Assembly (NCBI GenBank): GCA_016181845.1
Contig: JACOYO010000004.1
Location: forward strand, 15,827 to 79,826
Origin: Parcubacteria group bacterium
Lineage (GTDB): Bacteria; Patescibacteriota; Minisyncoccia; Phycocordibacterales; 21-14-all-47-15
Length of the DNA stretch: 64,000 nucleotides
Direction of reading: 5' to 3'
Below are positions 9,607 to 19,729 of this stretch, piece by piece; within the stretch, counting starts at the first letter, position 1; each line of letters starts with the position of its first letter. Below the pieces are notes generated by a model, which saw only the letters and a list, made by a program, of their open reading frames with translations, was not told the origin of the DNA and ran no database searches. The position numbers and the translations under genes were made by a program.

Positions 9607-9677
9607 TGGACCTATGGGGAGTCGAACCCCAGCTTCAGCCATGCCATGGCCGCGTAATACCGCTTTACTATAGGCCC
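9607..9677 (-). tRNA. tRNA-Ala(GGC)
   Basis: G3:U70 pair, anticodon loop ATGGCAT, GGTTCGACTCC. Confidence 0.9.
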
Positions 9678-9795
9678 GATAAAAACAGCATGTACCATAA
9701 AACATATCATGAAAAAAACTCCTATACAACGCAGTGTGTCCATAAATACTGCAATTGATTTATTCAAAAAATTTGATATGATGAATCACATTATC

Positions 9796-9868
9796 GGGCC
9801 CGTAGCTTAGTTGGTAGAGCGCCGCATTTGCAATGCGGAGGTCAGGAGTTCGAATCTCCTCGGGTCCA
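9796..9868 (+). tRNA. tRNA-Ala(TGC)
   Basis: GGGCCCGTAGCTTAGTTGG, anticodon loop TTTGCAA, GTTCGAATC. Confidence 0.95.
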
Positions 9869-9951
9869 CAATTCTGAATTTTTTGAGCCGGACGGAAGCA
9901 TTTCGTACCGCTGAACTCGGAATACCTTGTCAAAACGAGTCTTTTTCAAAG

Positions 9952-10004
9952 AGTTGATATCCACATTGCATATATCAACTAAATAGCATATAATGTTGAT
10001 ATCC
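9952..10004 (+). promoter_or_regulatory. Sigma70 promoter of the Fic gene overlapped by operator-like repeats
   Basis: TTGCAT(9966)-17-TATAAT(9989); agttgatat...atatcaact inverted repeat and gttgatatcca direct repeat. Confidence 0.65.
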
Positions 10005-10006
10005 AT

Positions 10007-11197
10007 ATGAGCAATGTCAACCAACCAAAAATAGGTCGCTACATAACCCAGAAAGACGGCTATAAATCCTTTACCCATTTTGATTTTCCTCCAAAGGCCG
10101 GTTTTATTATACCTCCAAAACTTCATAAAAAACATGAGGAGGCTATCAGACTGGTCGGTAAACTCGATGGTATAACTCGACTCTTACCGGATAAGGACTT
10201 TTTCCTACTCATGTTTATCAAAAAGGATGCCGCATATTCGAGCCAAATAGAGGGCATAAAAGCGACATTGCAAGATGCCGTTGCGGCACAAGTTACTGAA
10301 GAAAAATCTCGCCTCCATCCCGACGTGGACGATATCGTTCATTATGTTGAAGCCGTAAATTACGGTATTAAACGAGCCGAAACACTCCCGATTTCTCTAC
10401 GACTTATACGCGAGATTCACGAAAAGCTGATGGTTGGAGCGCGTAGAACACAGCATGCGTATCCGGGAGAATTTCGACGCTCACAAAATTGGATCGGTGG
10501 GAAAACGCCGCACGATGCTTCTTTTGTGCCACCTGCTCCAGATGACATGAACAAGTCACTTGATGATCTTGAGAAATTTATTCATGCCAAAGATGACTAC
10601 CCATCTCTTATAAAAGCCGGACTTTTGCATGCGCAATTCGAGACAATCCATCCCTTCATTGACGGCAATGGTCGTACCGGACGCATGCTTATTGCCATGT
10701 ACATGCATCATGCCGGACTTTTAGAGTTGCCGGTACTCTATCTCTCAAACTACTTCAAGAAATACCAGAAGCTTTACTATCAGAAATTGCAAGGTTATCA
10801 CGATGAAGATTCGGATATAGATGCTTGGCTTGAATTCTTTCTTGAGGGTGTGGCTGAAATCGCTCTCGCATCTATTGAAACATGCACCAAGATTACCGCG
10901 CTTCGTGATCGTGACTTTGCCAAGATGCAGAAGCTTGGCAAGAAGTCGGCTCTGTCCACACTTCCGATCGTCTGCAAGCTTTTCGGTCAACCGATTGTCG
11001 GTGTTGCGGAAATAATGAAATGGACCGGCTTCAGCCCGCAAGGTTCCTATAATGTGATCAATCGACTCAAGGGTTTAAAAATTCTGGAGCCTCTTGGTGA
11101 TGCTGATTATGGGCAGAAGTATATCTATGCCGATTACTATGAAATCTTTGACGACGCATTTCGCGATGCTCGTGCAAAAGAAAGATCCACTCGTTAG
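10007..11197 (+). CDS. Fic family protein (N-terminal inhibitory helix, C-terminal HTH)
   Basis: HPFIDGNGRTGR Fic motif; SSQIEG motif. Confidence 0.92.
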   Translation: MSNVNQPKIGRYITQKDGYKSFTHFDFPPKAGFIIPPKLHKKHEEAIRLVGKLDGITRLLPDKDFFLLMFIKKDAAYSSQIEGIKATLQDAVAAQVTEEKSRLHPDVDDIVHYVEAVNYGIKRAETLPISLRLIREIHEKLMVGARRTQHAYPGEFRRSQNWIGGKTPHDASFVPPAPDDMNKSLDDLEKFIHAKDDYPSLIKAGLLHAQFETIHPFIDGNGRTGRMLIAMYMHHAGLLELPVLYLSNYFKKYQKLYYQKLQGYHDEDSDIDAWLEFFLEGVAEIALASIETCTKITALRDRDFAKMQKLGKKSALSTLPIVCKLFGQPIVGVAEIMKWTGFSPQGSYNVINRLKGLKILEPLGDADYGQKYIYADYYEIFDDAFRDARAKERSTR

Positions 11198-11316
11198 ATA
11201 AATAGGCATGAATTCAAATTTAACACTGGATAATGTTTTTTACTTAACCTATGAAAAGGTATGAAATTTCATAAAAAGTTTGACAATAATATGGCACCCA
11301 TGATAACCTATGAAAT

Positions 11317-13026
11317 ATGAAGAAAACATCAAGCGAAAAGGCGTTGCTTTCAATCAGTGAAGTTTCAAGTATTTTTGGTATTCATCAAGACACGCTTCGT
11401 AATTGGGAGAAAAAAGGACTCATCACTCCGCTTCGCGTAGGACCTCGTAAAGACCGTAAGTACAAACCAGAAGATATTGAGCGAATTGCAAACGATAAAA
11501 GTATCGTAAAAACTTTTGATGCTCCACTCACCGATGATTCAGGAAAAATGAACCTCACCCAGCTCAAACAATTTCTTTGGAAAAGTGCCGACATCTTGCG
11601 TGGAAAAATTGATAGCTCTGACTACAAGAAATATATTTTTGGACTCCTTTTTTACAAACGCATCAGCGACTCATGGGATGAAGAATATAAAAAAATTCTT
11701 GATGAATATCACGATGAAGAAATTGCTCGCGCAGATCATAATCACCGTTTTCAAGTTCCGAAGGACTGTCGATGGGAAGTAATTCAGAAACAAGCGGAAG
11801 GAATTGGTCACAAACTCAATGAGATTTTTGACAAGCTCACGAATGCAAACAGTCCGAAGCTGGACAAAATTTTTGACGACCTTGATTTTGCAAATAAAGA
11901 CAAATTTCCAAACGAAACACTTCAGCGTCTCATCAATCATTTCTCACGGCACAATTTTGGAGATAACTACATTAGCTCCGACCTTCTCGGCGATGCATAC
12001 GAATACCTTATTGAGCAATTTGCGGCGGACGCGGGGAAAAAAGGTGGGGAATTCTACACCCCTCGCGAGGTTGAGCGCATCATTATAAATATTCTCAAAC
12101 CACACGAGAAAGACCACATCTACGATATGGCGGTGGGTTCGGGCGGTTTCCTCTTGGAGGCATATCATCATCTCAAAAACGAAGCGGGAGAAAAGAAAGC
12201 TCGTTCGCTCTATCTATACGGGCAAGAAATAAATATCGGTACATACGCGATTGCAAAAATCAATATGTTCCTCCACGGACTTGATAGCGCCGATATTCAA
12301 CGCGGAGATACACTCGCCGATCCAAAGTTCCTAAATCCAGACGGCTCGCTCAAAACATTTGATATCTGCGTTGCAAATCCTCCATATTCAATCAGCGAGT
12401 GGGAGTACGAGATATTTAAATCTGACAAATACGGACGAGTTGCCGGTTACGAAATGCCTCCGGCAAAAAAAGCCGACTACGCTTTTGTGCTTCACATGGT
12501 GAAGTCAATGAATGAAAACGGACGGGCTGGAATTGTGCTCCCGCACGGCGTACTTTTCCGTGGCGGCGCAGAAGGCCGCATTCGTGAGAATCTGATCAAG
12601 AACGATCTTATAGAAGCAATTATTGCTCTCCCTGCAAAGCTTTTCTACGGCACGGGTATTCCAGCGGCAATTGTGATATTCAACAAAAACAAGCCTGAAG
12701 CTCATAAGAACAAAATCCTCATCATTGATGCCGAACAGGATTACGAGGAAGGCAAAAATCAAAACCGTTTGCGCAAGAAAGATATTGAGAAAATTGTGAC
12801 AGCGTTTGATGGTTATCGGGATATTGAGAAATACGCTCGCGTAGTTGATGCGAAGGAGCTGGAAGAAAACGAATTCAATCTCAATGTGCGTCGTTACGTA
12901 GAAAATGGCGAGGATGAGGAAGTGGTGGATGTAAAAACCGTATGGAGCGAAGTAAAAGAAATTGAAAAAGCTCGCGAAGCTATTGATAAAAAGGTTGCAA
13001 ATTATTTATCAGAATTAAAATATTAA
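11317..13026 (+). CDS. hsdM: Type I R-M methyltransferase with N-terminal MerR/Xis-like HTH fusion
   Basis: N-term SISEVSSIFGIHQDTLRNWE...RKY; LWKSADILRG, GEFYTPR, GSGGFL, ANPPYS, LPHGVLFRGG. Confidence 0.93.
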   Translation: MKKTSSEKALLSISEVSSIFGIHQDTLRNWEKKGLITPLRVGPRKDRKYKPEDIERIANDKSIVKTFDAPLTDDSGKMNLTQLKQFLWKSADILRGKIDSSDYKKYIFGLLFYKRISDSWDEEYKKILDEYHDEEIARADHNHRFQVPKDCRWEVIQKQAEGIGHKLNEIFDKLTNANSPKLDKIFDDLDFANKDKFPNETLQRLINHFSRHNFGDNYISSDLLGDAYEYLIEQFAADAGKKGGEFYTPREVERIIINILKPHEKDHIYDMAVGSGGFLLEAYHHLKNEAGEKKARSLYLYGQEINIGTYAIAKINMFLHGLDSADIQRGDTLADPKFLNPDGSLKTFDICVANPPYSISEWEYEIFKSDKYGRVAGYEMPPAKKADYAFVLHMVKSMNENGRAGIVLPHGVLFRGGAEGRIRENLIKNDLIEAIIALPAKLFYGTGIPAAIVIFNKNKPEAHKNKILIIDAEQDYEEGKNQNRLRKKDIEKIVTAFDGYRDIEKYARVVDAKELEENEFNLNVRRYVENGEDEEVVDVKTVWSEVKEIEKAREAIDKKVANYLSELKY

Positions 13027-13030
13027 ATTT

Positions 13031-13384
13031 ATGGAACTAAAAGATTTTGTTAAAAATGTACTTAAGGATGTCACAGAAGCAGTTGATGAATATCGATCTG
13101 AATCAAGTCGTGATATGCACTTGGACAACATGAAAGATCAGCGCACAGTTGAGTTTGATGTTGCTGTGGCTGCAGAAGATGTAACTTCTGCTACCGGTAA
13201 GGCAGGAATTAAAGTTTTCTCTCTGATTGAGGGTGGTGGTGAAGCATCAAAAGAAGTCAAAAACTCAACCGTCAGCCGGATTAAATTTGGTGTTCATGTT
13301 AATCGCTTTACGAAACAAGAGAATGCAGGTTTTGAAGCACAAAATCGAGCATTGAATTCAAGAAATCATAATGAATACATCTAA
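13031..13384 (+). CDS. Small protein resembling the trypsin co-occurring domain 2 (Trypco2) family
   Basis: MELKDFVK...VEFDVAVAAE...AGIKV...SRIKF pattern. Confidence 0.6.
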   Translation: MELKDFVKNVLKDVTEAVDEYRSESSRDMHLDNMKDQRTVEFDVAVAAEDVTSATGKAGIKVFSLIEGGGEASKEVKNSTVSRIKFGVHVNRFTKQENAGFEAQNRALNSRNHNEYI

Positions 13385-13988
13385 TATACAAAAAAAATCT
13401 GATGATGTAGTAATGGCAAATAAACATCAGGTGCACCTGCTTGATAATATTGATAAAGCTCAAAAATCCTTGAGCCTTTTTGAGTTATTGAGAAATAAAA
13501 AATTCACAACCGGCACAGTTAAGCAAGATAATTGGCTGGAGGAAATTTTACTTTCTTTTATTATTCTTAAAATACATACGGTTTTTGACAAAACCAGAGA
13601 TACTGTTTGTTTTGAGAATTTTCTTAAAAATAACGCTCAACATATCACAAAGAAAAAATATATAGAAGATATATCTAGTAAATTTGAAGCGTTAAAAACA
13701 AAACATAAAACACTTATTGAACAGATTAAAAATAATCGCCATGAATCAGTGGCGCATATTCCTAAAAAAACAAAACTTGGCGTAACCGAGAAAGTAGCAG
13801 TTAAAATAAGAGAATTTGGACATCAGATCGGCAGTGAAGATTATAAAAATCAAAAGTCAGTATCTGATGACAAAATGAGGTTTTCTGTTGGCAATTTTCC
13901 GATAGATAATGTAAAAGATTTAACAACAAAATTATTAAAACTTATTTTTGGAGTAAAATATCCTAAAACCATTGGTAAATTGATATGA
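13371..13988 (+). CDS. HEPN-like (AbiU2-like) putative RNase
   Basis: IILKIHTVFD and RHESVAH (Rx5H) motifs; helical, AT-rich. Confidence 0.55.
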   Translation: MNTSNIQKKSDDVVMANKHQVHLLDNIDKAQKSLSLFELLRNKKFTTGTVKQDNWLEEILLSFIILKIHTVFDKTRDTVCFENFLKNNAQHITKKKYIEDISSKFEALKTKHKTLIEQIKNNRHESVAHIPKKTKLGVTEKVAVKIREFGHQIGSEDYKNQKSVSDDKMRFSVGNFPIDNVKDLTTKLLKLIFGVKYPKTIGKLI

Positions 13989-15178
13989 AAACTGACACAC
14001 AACAACAGAATATTCCGAACGGATGGCAACTCAAAAAACTGAGCGATGTTTTAGACTACGAGCGTCCAGATAAATATATTGTTAAAAGTAAAAGTTACAG
14101 CAATAAAGAAAAGACTCCAGTGCTCACAGCCAACAAGTCCTTTGTTTTAGGTTATACAGACGAAGATTTTGGTATTTATAGAAACTTGCCAGCAATTATT
14201 TTTGATGACTTTACAACTGACAGTAAACTTGTGAATTTCCCTTTTAAAATTAAGTCTTCGGCAATCAAAATTTTAAAAGAAAAAAATAAAGACATAGATT
14301 TGCGGTTTGTTTTTGAAAAAATGAAGTCAGTAACTTTTCCTACGGGAAGCCATAAACGCTTCTATATTTCACAGTACCAAAATTTAGAAATAGCCGTGCC
14401 TCCAATCAAAGAACAGCAAAAGATTGCGGAGATTTTGGGGGCGGTGGATGAGGATATTACTAAAACGCAGGAAGTGATTGAGGCGACAGAAAAGCTCAAG
14501 CGCGGATTGATGCAACAGCTTTTTACTCACGGGATTAGTCATACGAAATTCAAGGAAACAAAAATCGGACAAATTCCGGAATCATGGAGTATGGTGTCGG
14601 TTTCTGAAGTAGTAAAGAAAATCGTCGATAATCGCGGAAAAACTCCTCCACTTGCTTCGGATGGTATAGGGATAATTGAGGTTAATGCTATCGATAGCTC
14701 ACAAAAATATCCGAATTATTTGAAAATATCAAAATATGTAAGCCAAGAAACATACAATTCTTGGTTTAGAAGTGGTCATCCGGAAAAAGGAGATATTTTA
14801 ATACCAACAGTCGGGACAGTCGGCGTAGCTGTGATAATGAATGAAAACAAGGGATGTATTGCGCAGAATATTATTGCTGTTCGTGTAAAAGATACTATTT
14901 TACCGGATTTCTTTTATTATCTCGTCATAAGTCCTTTGTTCGTAGATCAAATTAGAAAAGTTTTAATGGGAGCTGTTCAGCCAAGTTTGAAAGTACCGCA
15001 TATGTTGGCGTTTAACATTCCATTACCGGCAAAGCCAGAACAACAAAAAATTACAGAAATTTTTTCCGCAGTCGATGAAAAAATCTCAGTCAATAAGAAA
15101 TTAAAAGAAAAACTTACTCTCCTCAAAAAAGGTCTGATGCAGGATTTGTTGAGTGGGAAAGTTAGGATAAATATATGA
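13985..15178 (+). CDS. hsdS: Type I R-M specificity subunit
   Basis: Two TRDs with PPIKEQQKIAEIL / PEQQKITEIF and LKKGLMQDLLSGK. Confidence 0.93.
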   Translation: MKTDTQQQNIPNGWQLKKLSDVLDYERPDKYIVKSKSYSNKEKTPVLTANKSFVLGYTDEDFGIYRNLPAIIFDDFTTDSKLVNFPFKIKSSAIKILKEKNKDIDLRFVFEKMKSVTFPTGSHKRFYISQYQNLEIAVPPIKEQQKIAEILGAVDEDITKTQEVIEATEKLKRGLMQQLFTHGISHTKFKETKIGQIPESWSMVSVSEVVKKIVDNRGKTPPLASDGIGIIEVNAIDSSQKYPNYLKISKYVSQETYNSWFRSGHPEKGDILIPTVGTVGVAVIMNENKGCIAQNIIAVRVKDTILPDFFYYLVISPLFVDQIRKVLMGAVQPSLKVPHMLAFNIPLPAKPEQQKITEIFSAVDEKISVNKKLKEKLTLLKKGLMQDLLSGKVRINI

Positions 15179-15792
15179 TTTTAATACAAGAAGTTTATTG
15201 TGGAATATGGGAACTTTTATCTAAGGTATCGCTTTATACAGTTATTCAATTAGGATTGCTTGTTGTTGCTGGCCTTGCTTTAAATACATGGAGAAAGCAG
15301 TTGCATGGCGGAAATGAGTATCAGACAGCATTTGATCTTTTGTTAAGGGTAAGACAGTTGGAGAAAAAGATCCAGAAGGAAATAAGAAACCCATTCTTAC
15401 GACCAGTCAATAATAAAAGTTTTGATGATTGGAATTGGGAAAGAGAAGTTTATATGTCTAGATTTAATGATTTTTATGATTTTAAAAATAAATTTTACGA
15501 TGAGGCAGTTTTAAAATCAGAAATTTTATTTGGTAAAGATATCGAATTATTTTTTAAGAATATAGAAGATAGGATTGTTGAAATTCGCATGGCGTACGAG
15601 GTTGCTTATAAGATTTTTAGAGGAAGAGATAAATATGACGATGAGAGTATGTATAGACAATATGCTGAGAAAATAGAGAAAAACAAAGAGCTTTTATGGA
15701 ATCAGGATGGCGATAACTATTCTGTTCGATTACGAAGTGCTGTTAAGGCATTGGAAGAGGTTCTATACAAAAAAATGAACAAAAAAATATGA
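15175..15792 (+). CDS. Hypothetical protein with N-terminal TM helix (accessory gene inside R-M locus)
   Basis: AT-rich ORF coupled to hsdS; ALNTWRKQL after the TM segment. Confidence 0.7.
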   Translation: MILIQEVYCGIWELLSKVSLYTVIQLGLLVVAGLALNTWRKQLHGGNEYQTAFDLLLRVRQLEKKIQKEIRNPFLRPVNNKSFDDWNWEREVYMSRFNDFYDFKNKFYDEAVLKSEILFGKDIELFFKNIEDRIVEIRMAYEVAYKIFRGRDKYDDESMYRQYAEKIEKNKELLWNQDGDNYSVRLRSAVKALEEVLYKKMNKKI

Positions 15793-15836
15793 AATTCAAT
15801 GAATAAGCTATAGTAGAAAATTGCATCGTTAAATTA
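15789..15836 (+). pseudogene. Degenerate duplicate of the hsdR 5' end
   Basis: MKFNE*AIVENCIVK versus HsdR MKFNEQVTVENYIIK; colinear nucleotide similarity with 16809-16856. Confidence 0.75.
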
Positions 15837-15856
15837 TCAAATAATGCTATAAAAAT

Positions 15857-16723
15857 ATGAAAAAAGAAATCATACAATCACTGACCAATAATTTTGAATC
15901 ATACTCAAACAAGACAGAAAATGGGGTGGAGTTCTGGCTTGCGCGAGATTTGCAGCAACTTTTGGGGTATGACAAGTGGGACAACTTTTTAGGGGCTATC
16001 TCAAAGGCTAAAATAGCCTGTGAAAACACAGGTCACAAGGTAACCGATCATTTTGCCGACGCCGGGAAAACGATCCAAATGCCCAAGGGCGCTCAGAAGG
16101 AGATTTTGGACATAATGCTTACAAGATACGCTTGTTATTTGATTGCTCAAAACGGCGATCCAAGGAAAGAACAGGTAGCTTTTGCGCAAAACTACTTCGC
16201 GGTACAAACACGAAAGTTTGAAGTTATCGAGAAGCGCATACAGGATTCCGAGAGACTGCTAGCTAGATATAAATTGACCGAAACTGAGAAGAAGTTATCC
16301 GGTGTTATATTTGAGCAAACAGGAAGTGATAGAAATTTCGCGCTTATTCGGAGCAAGGGAGATAAGGCCCTATTCGGATATACCACGCAAGAAATGAAAA
16401 ACCGTCTTGGCGTTCCGGGGAGCCGAGCATTGGCGGATTTTCAACCGACAATTTTGCTCAAGGCAAAAGATTTTGCGACAGAGATCACCATTTTCAACTC
16501 AAAAGAAAAAGGATTGCGATCAGAACAATCTATTTCCGAAGAACATATCACAAATAATCGAAGTGTGAGAAAGACACTTTTGAGTCGGGGAATTACGCCT
16601 GAAAGATTGCCGGTGGAGGAAGATATCAAAAAGATTGAACGGAAACTTAAGTCCGAAGAGACTAAAGGTTTGAAGAAACCAGTTAAATTAAGAGAGGTAA
16701 ATGAAAAGGGGCCATCGTCCTAA
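15857..16723 (+). CDS. dinD: DNA-damage-inducible protein D family (Bro-N-like N-terminus)
   Basis: EFWLARDLQQLLGY, LTRYACYLIAQNGDPRK, AQNYFAVQTR. Confidence 0.85.
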   Translation: MKKEIIQSLTNNFESYSNKTENGVEFWLARDLQQLLGYDKWDNFLGAISKAKIACENTGHKVTDHFADAGKTIQMPKGAQKEILDIMLTRYACYLIAQNGDPRKEQVAFAQNYFAVQTRKFEVIEKRIQDSERLLARYKLTETEKKLSGVIFEQTGSDRNFALIRSKGDKALFGYTTQEMKNRLGVPGSRALADFQPTILLKAKDFATEITIFNSKEKGLRSEQSISEEHITNNRSVRKTLLSRGITPERLPVEEDIKKIERKLKSEETKGLKKPVKLREVNEKGPSS

Positions 16724-16784
16724 CGGTCGACGCCCCTTTTCGATACTGTATTTATAGTGTATAGAATTCACCCCATAAAGTCAA
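16704..16784 (-). ncRNA. Candidate antisense small RNA with own promoter and terminator hairpin at the dinD 3' end
   Basis: Minus-strand TTGACT(16784-79)-17-TACACT(16761-56); hairpin aaaaggggc...gcccctttt 16704-16740. Confidence 0.4.
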
Positions 16785-16808
16785 GAGTTATCCACAAGTA
16801 GAAAATAT

Positions 16809-19724
16809 ATGAAATTTAACGAACAAGTCACAGTAGAAAATTACATCATCAAGTTTATTAAAGATAAGCTTGGATTTGAGTACATAAAGCCAGAGGAATT
16901 TGCGAAATATCGCGAACTTGAGACGGAATACATTATAACTCCTCTTTTGGAGCGCGCTATTAGTACGCTGAATCCTACTGCGAACGAGAGTGAGATTAAA
17001 AATGTAATTCGCGAAGTGAGGAAGATTGATAATAACGAGGCATTTTTGAAAGCATTGCGAGATGGAATTAACCTCAAGAATTCCGTCACAGGCAAAAAGC
17101 ACGATTACAAACTGCTTGATTTTGATACTCCCGAGAATAATCAATTTGTTGTCACCAATCAATTCTATTTTGAGGGAGATACCGAAAATATCCGTCCCGA
17201 TATTTTGATTTTTGTGAACGGGCTTCCGCTTGTAGATATTGAGGCAAAAAGTCCAACGGCTTCGGAGGGAGTGAGTTTTGAAAATGGCATTGACCAGCTC
17301 AAACGATACGAGAAAGTAGCTCGAAAGTTGTTTATCCCGAACTGTTTCAATATTGCCAGTGATGGACTCAAAACTGTATATGGGGCAACGGGCGCGCCAA
17401 AGCAATATTTCCTACAGTGGCGAGATGACGATGTTGAGAAAGAGCTTGGTGGCGAGCTTGAGATGATGCTTTTCTCACTTCTCTCAAAGCAGAACTTTTT
17501 GGATATTGTTCAGAACTTTATTTTGTTTGAAAAAGAAAAGGAGAAATTGGTGAAGAAAATTGCTCGCTATCAGCAGATGCGAGCAACAAATAAAATTGTG
17601 GAGCGTGTAGTAAGCAAAGAGAAGCGACAAGGGCTTATCTGGCACACCCAAGGGTCCGGCAAGACACTCACAATGTATTTCACTGCGTGGAAACTACGCT
17701 TCAATAAACAGCTCGCTAATCCCAAGGTATTTATTTTGGTTGATCGGGTAGATTTGGACGACCAGATATTTGAGACATTTACCAATGCAGGTGGAAAAAA
17801 CATCGTTCGTGTCACTTCTCGAAAAGATTTGGAGGAAAAAATTCAATCACCGGAGAAAGGCATCTTCATCACGACCATTCAAAAGTTTTCTGAACTTGGC
17901 GACAAGGTAGAAAATCTTGATGAAAATGTGATTGTGCTTTCTGATGAGGCGCACCGAGGCGACGAAGGTGTATCGGGTATTAATATGCGAAATGCATTCA
18001 AAAAGGCATTCTTCTTTGGGTTCACCGGAACGCCAGTTGATAAAACACACACGAACACTTTCCGAAATTACGAAGGAGACGGAAAGCGATATCTAGACTA
18101 TTACTCTATCCAGCAAGCTATTGATGACGGAGCGACAATCCCAGTGACCTACGAGGCGCGACTTTCAAAGTTTTCTATTGATGAAGAAAAACTAGACCAG
18201 CAGTTTGAAGAAATTGCTGGCGATTTGCCTGATAAACAAAAGACCGAACTCGTTAAGAAATATGGCAAGAAAGCGGCGCTAGTAAAGCTTCCAAAGCGTA
18301 TGGAAGCCGTTGCCAGGGACATTGTGGAGCATTACAAGCTCTATGTGGAGCCGAACGGCTTTAAGGGGCAGGTCGTTCTGTATGACCGCGAAGCGGTAGC
18401 AACCTACAAAAAACTCCTTGATAAGCTCGTGCCTGCCGAGTGGTCGGCTGTGGTGTATTCACCCGGAGACCCAAATAGCGATGCGGATGATTTGAAAGTC
18501 TATAACACGAGCAAGCGTGAGCGTGAGCAAATCATTGAGAAATTCAAAGATCCAAAGTCATCACTCAAGTTTTTGCTCGTGTGCGACATGTTGCTCACTG
18601 GTTTTGACGCACCGATTGAGCAGGTGATGTATCTTGATAAGCCACTTCGCGACCATAACCTCTTGCAAGCTATCGCGCGTACGAATCGTGTCTATAAAAA
18701 TAAGGAAGCAGGAAAAATTATTGATTACTACGGAATCACACGCAACCTTTATGACGCACTTGATTTTGACGAAGATGTAGTTGATTCTGCGATGATTGAT
18801 ATTGATCGTGTGAAGGCACGATTTTCCGATGTCTTGAATGATGCAATAAAGATATTTACAGGAGTGAATATTGAAGACCCATCGATGAATAATCTTCGCC
18901 GATGTCTGAAGATTTTTATTGATAATCAAGATAAGCAAAAATACTTTATTGAGAAGTATATGAAGCTCAAGAGCTTGTTTGAGTTTCTTTCTCCTGACCC
19001 ATTTTTGAAGCAATATATTCGTCAGTTTGAATGGGTGACAAGTTTCTATTTGGCATTTTTGAAAGAATTCCGAAGTGAGGATGATAGATACTTACTTGAA
19101 GAATACGGTGAGAAAGTCCGTGAGCTAATACAAAAGAGCAATATCATTGACTACGAAGGAATCACAAAGAATTTCCGCGAGCTTCGTGTGAATGATTTGT
19201 ATACACTTGAGCGACTCAAAGGAATGGATGAGGAAGAAAAGGCACTCAATCTTGAGAAGATGCTCAAACAAGAGATATCAATCAATCTTGATGAAAATCC
19301 CACCTATCAAAAGTTTAGCGAACGACTAACCGCCATTCGCCGTGAGTTTGAACAAAATCAAATTGACCTTGCGGAACGAATTCGTCGATATGAGGAATTA
19401 ATGAAGGATATAAGGACGAAGGGAGACGAGGCAAAAGAGATGGGGCTCGATCTCAAAGAATACGCGCTCTATGTGATATCGCAAGAGTTTATTGAGGGCG
19501 GAAATATCGAGGACATCAAGGAGTTTGTAAAGGAGTTGCGAACCCGTATTGAGGATGAGCTGGACTCTGGTTGGCAAGAATCTTCAAAGCGAGATGTGTT
19601 TGTGAAAGATATTAAGCAAACATTGCAGGAGCTTATTTTACGCGATTACAAATGTCGATTTACTGTAAAAGACTTCCCGAAATTCTTGAATCGACTGGTG
19701 GACATAATCACTAAAAAATTCTAG
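16809..19724 (+). CDS. hsdR: Type I R-M restriction subunit
   Basis: RPDILIFVNGLPLVDIEAKS, WHTQGSGKT, DEAHR, GFTGTP, LLTGFDAP, QAIARTNR. Confidence 0.95.
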   Translation: MKFNEQVTVENYIIKFIKDKLGFEYIKPEEFAKYRELETEYIITPLLERAISTLNPTANESEIKNVIREVRKIDNNEAFLKALRDGINLKNSVTGKKHDYKLLDFDTPENNQFVVTNQFYFEGDTENIRPDILIFVNGLPLVDIEAKSPTASEGVSFENGIDQLKRYEKVARKLFIPNCFNIASDGLKTVYGATGAPKQYFLQWRDDDVEKELGGELEMMLFSLLSKQNFLDIVQNFILFEKEKEKLVKKIARYQQMRATNKIVERVVSKEKRQGLIWHTQGSGKTLTMYFTAWKLRFNKQLANPKVFILVDRVDLDDQIFETFTNAGGKNIVRVTSRKDLEEKIQSPEKGIFITTIQKFSELGDKVENLDENVIVLSDEAHRGDEGVSGINMRNAFKKAFFFGFTGTPVDKTHTNTFRNYEGDGKRYLDYYSIQQAIDDGATIPVTYEARLSKFSIDEEKLDQQFEEIAGDLPDKQKTELVKKYGKKAALVKLPKRMEAVARDIVEHYKLYVEPNGFKGQVVLYDREAVATYKKLLDKLVPAEWSAVVYSPGDPNSDADDLKVYNTSKREREQIIEKFKDPKSSLKFLLVCDMLLTGFDAPIEQVMYLDKPLRDHNLLQAIARTNRVYKNKEAGKIIDYYGITRNLYDALDFDEDVVDSAMIDIDRVKARFSDVLNDAIKIFTGVNIEDPSMNNLRRCLKIFIDNQDKQKYFIEKYMKLKSLFEFLSPDPFLKQYIRQFEWVTSFYLAFLKEFRSEDDRYLLEEYGEKVRELIQKSNIIDYEGITKNFRELRVNDLYTLERLKGMDEEEKALNLEKMLKQEISINLDENPTYQKFSERLTAIRREFEQNQIDLAERIRRYEELMKDIRTKGDEAKEMGLDLKEYALYVISQEFIEGGNIEDIKEFVKELRTRIEDELDSGWQESSKRDVFVKDIKQTLQELILRDYKCRFTVKDFPKFLNRLVDIITKKF

Positions 19725-19729
19725 AAAGT

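Noticed and set aside
16708-16728. tRNA-Glu-like fragment gggccatcgtcctaacggt at the dinD end (and cccatcgtct near 44074)
   Set aside because: Too short and gapped to separate from chance; no cloverleaf.
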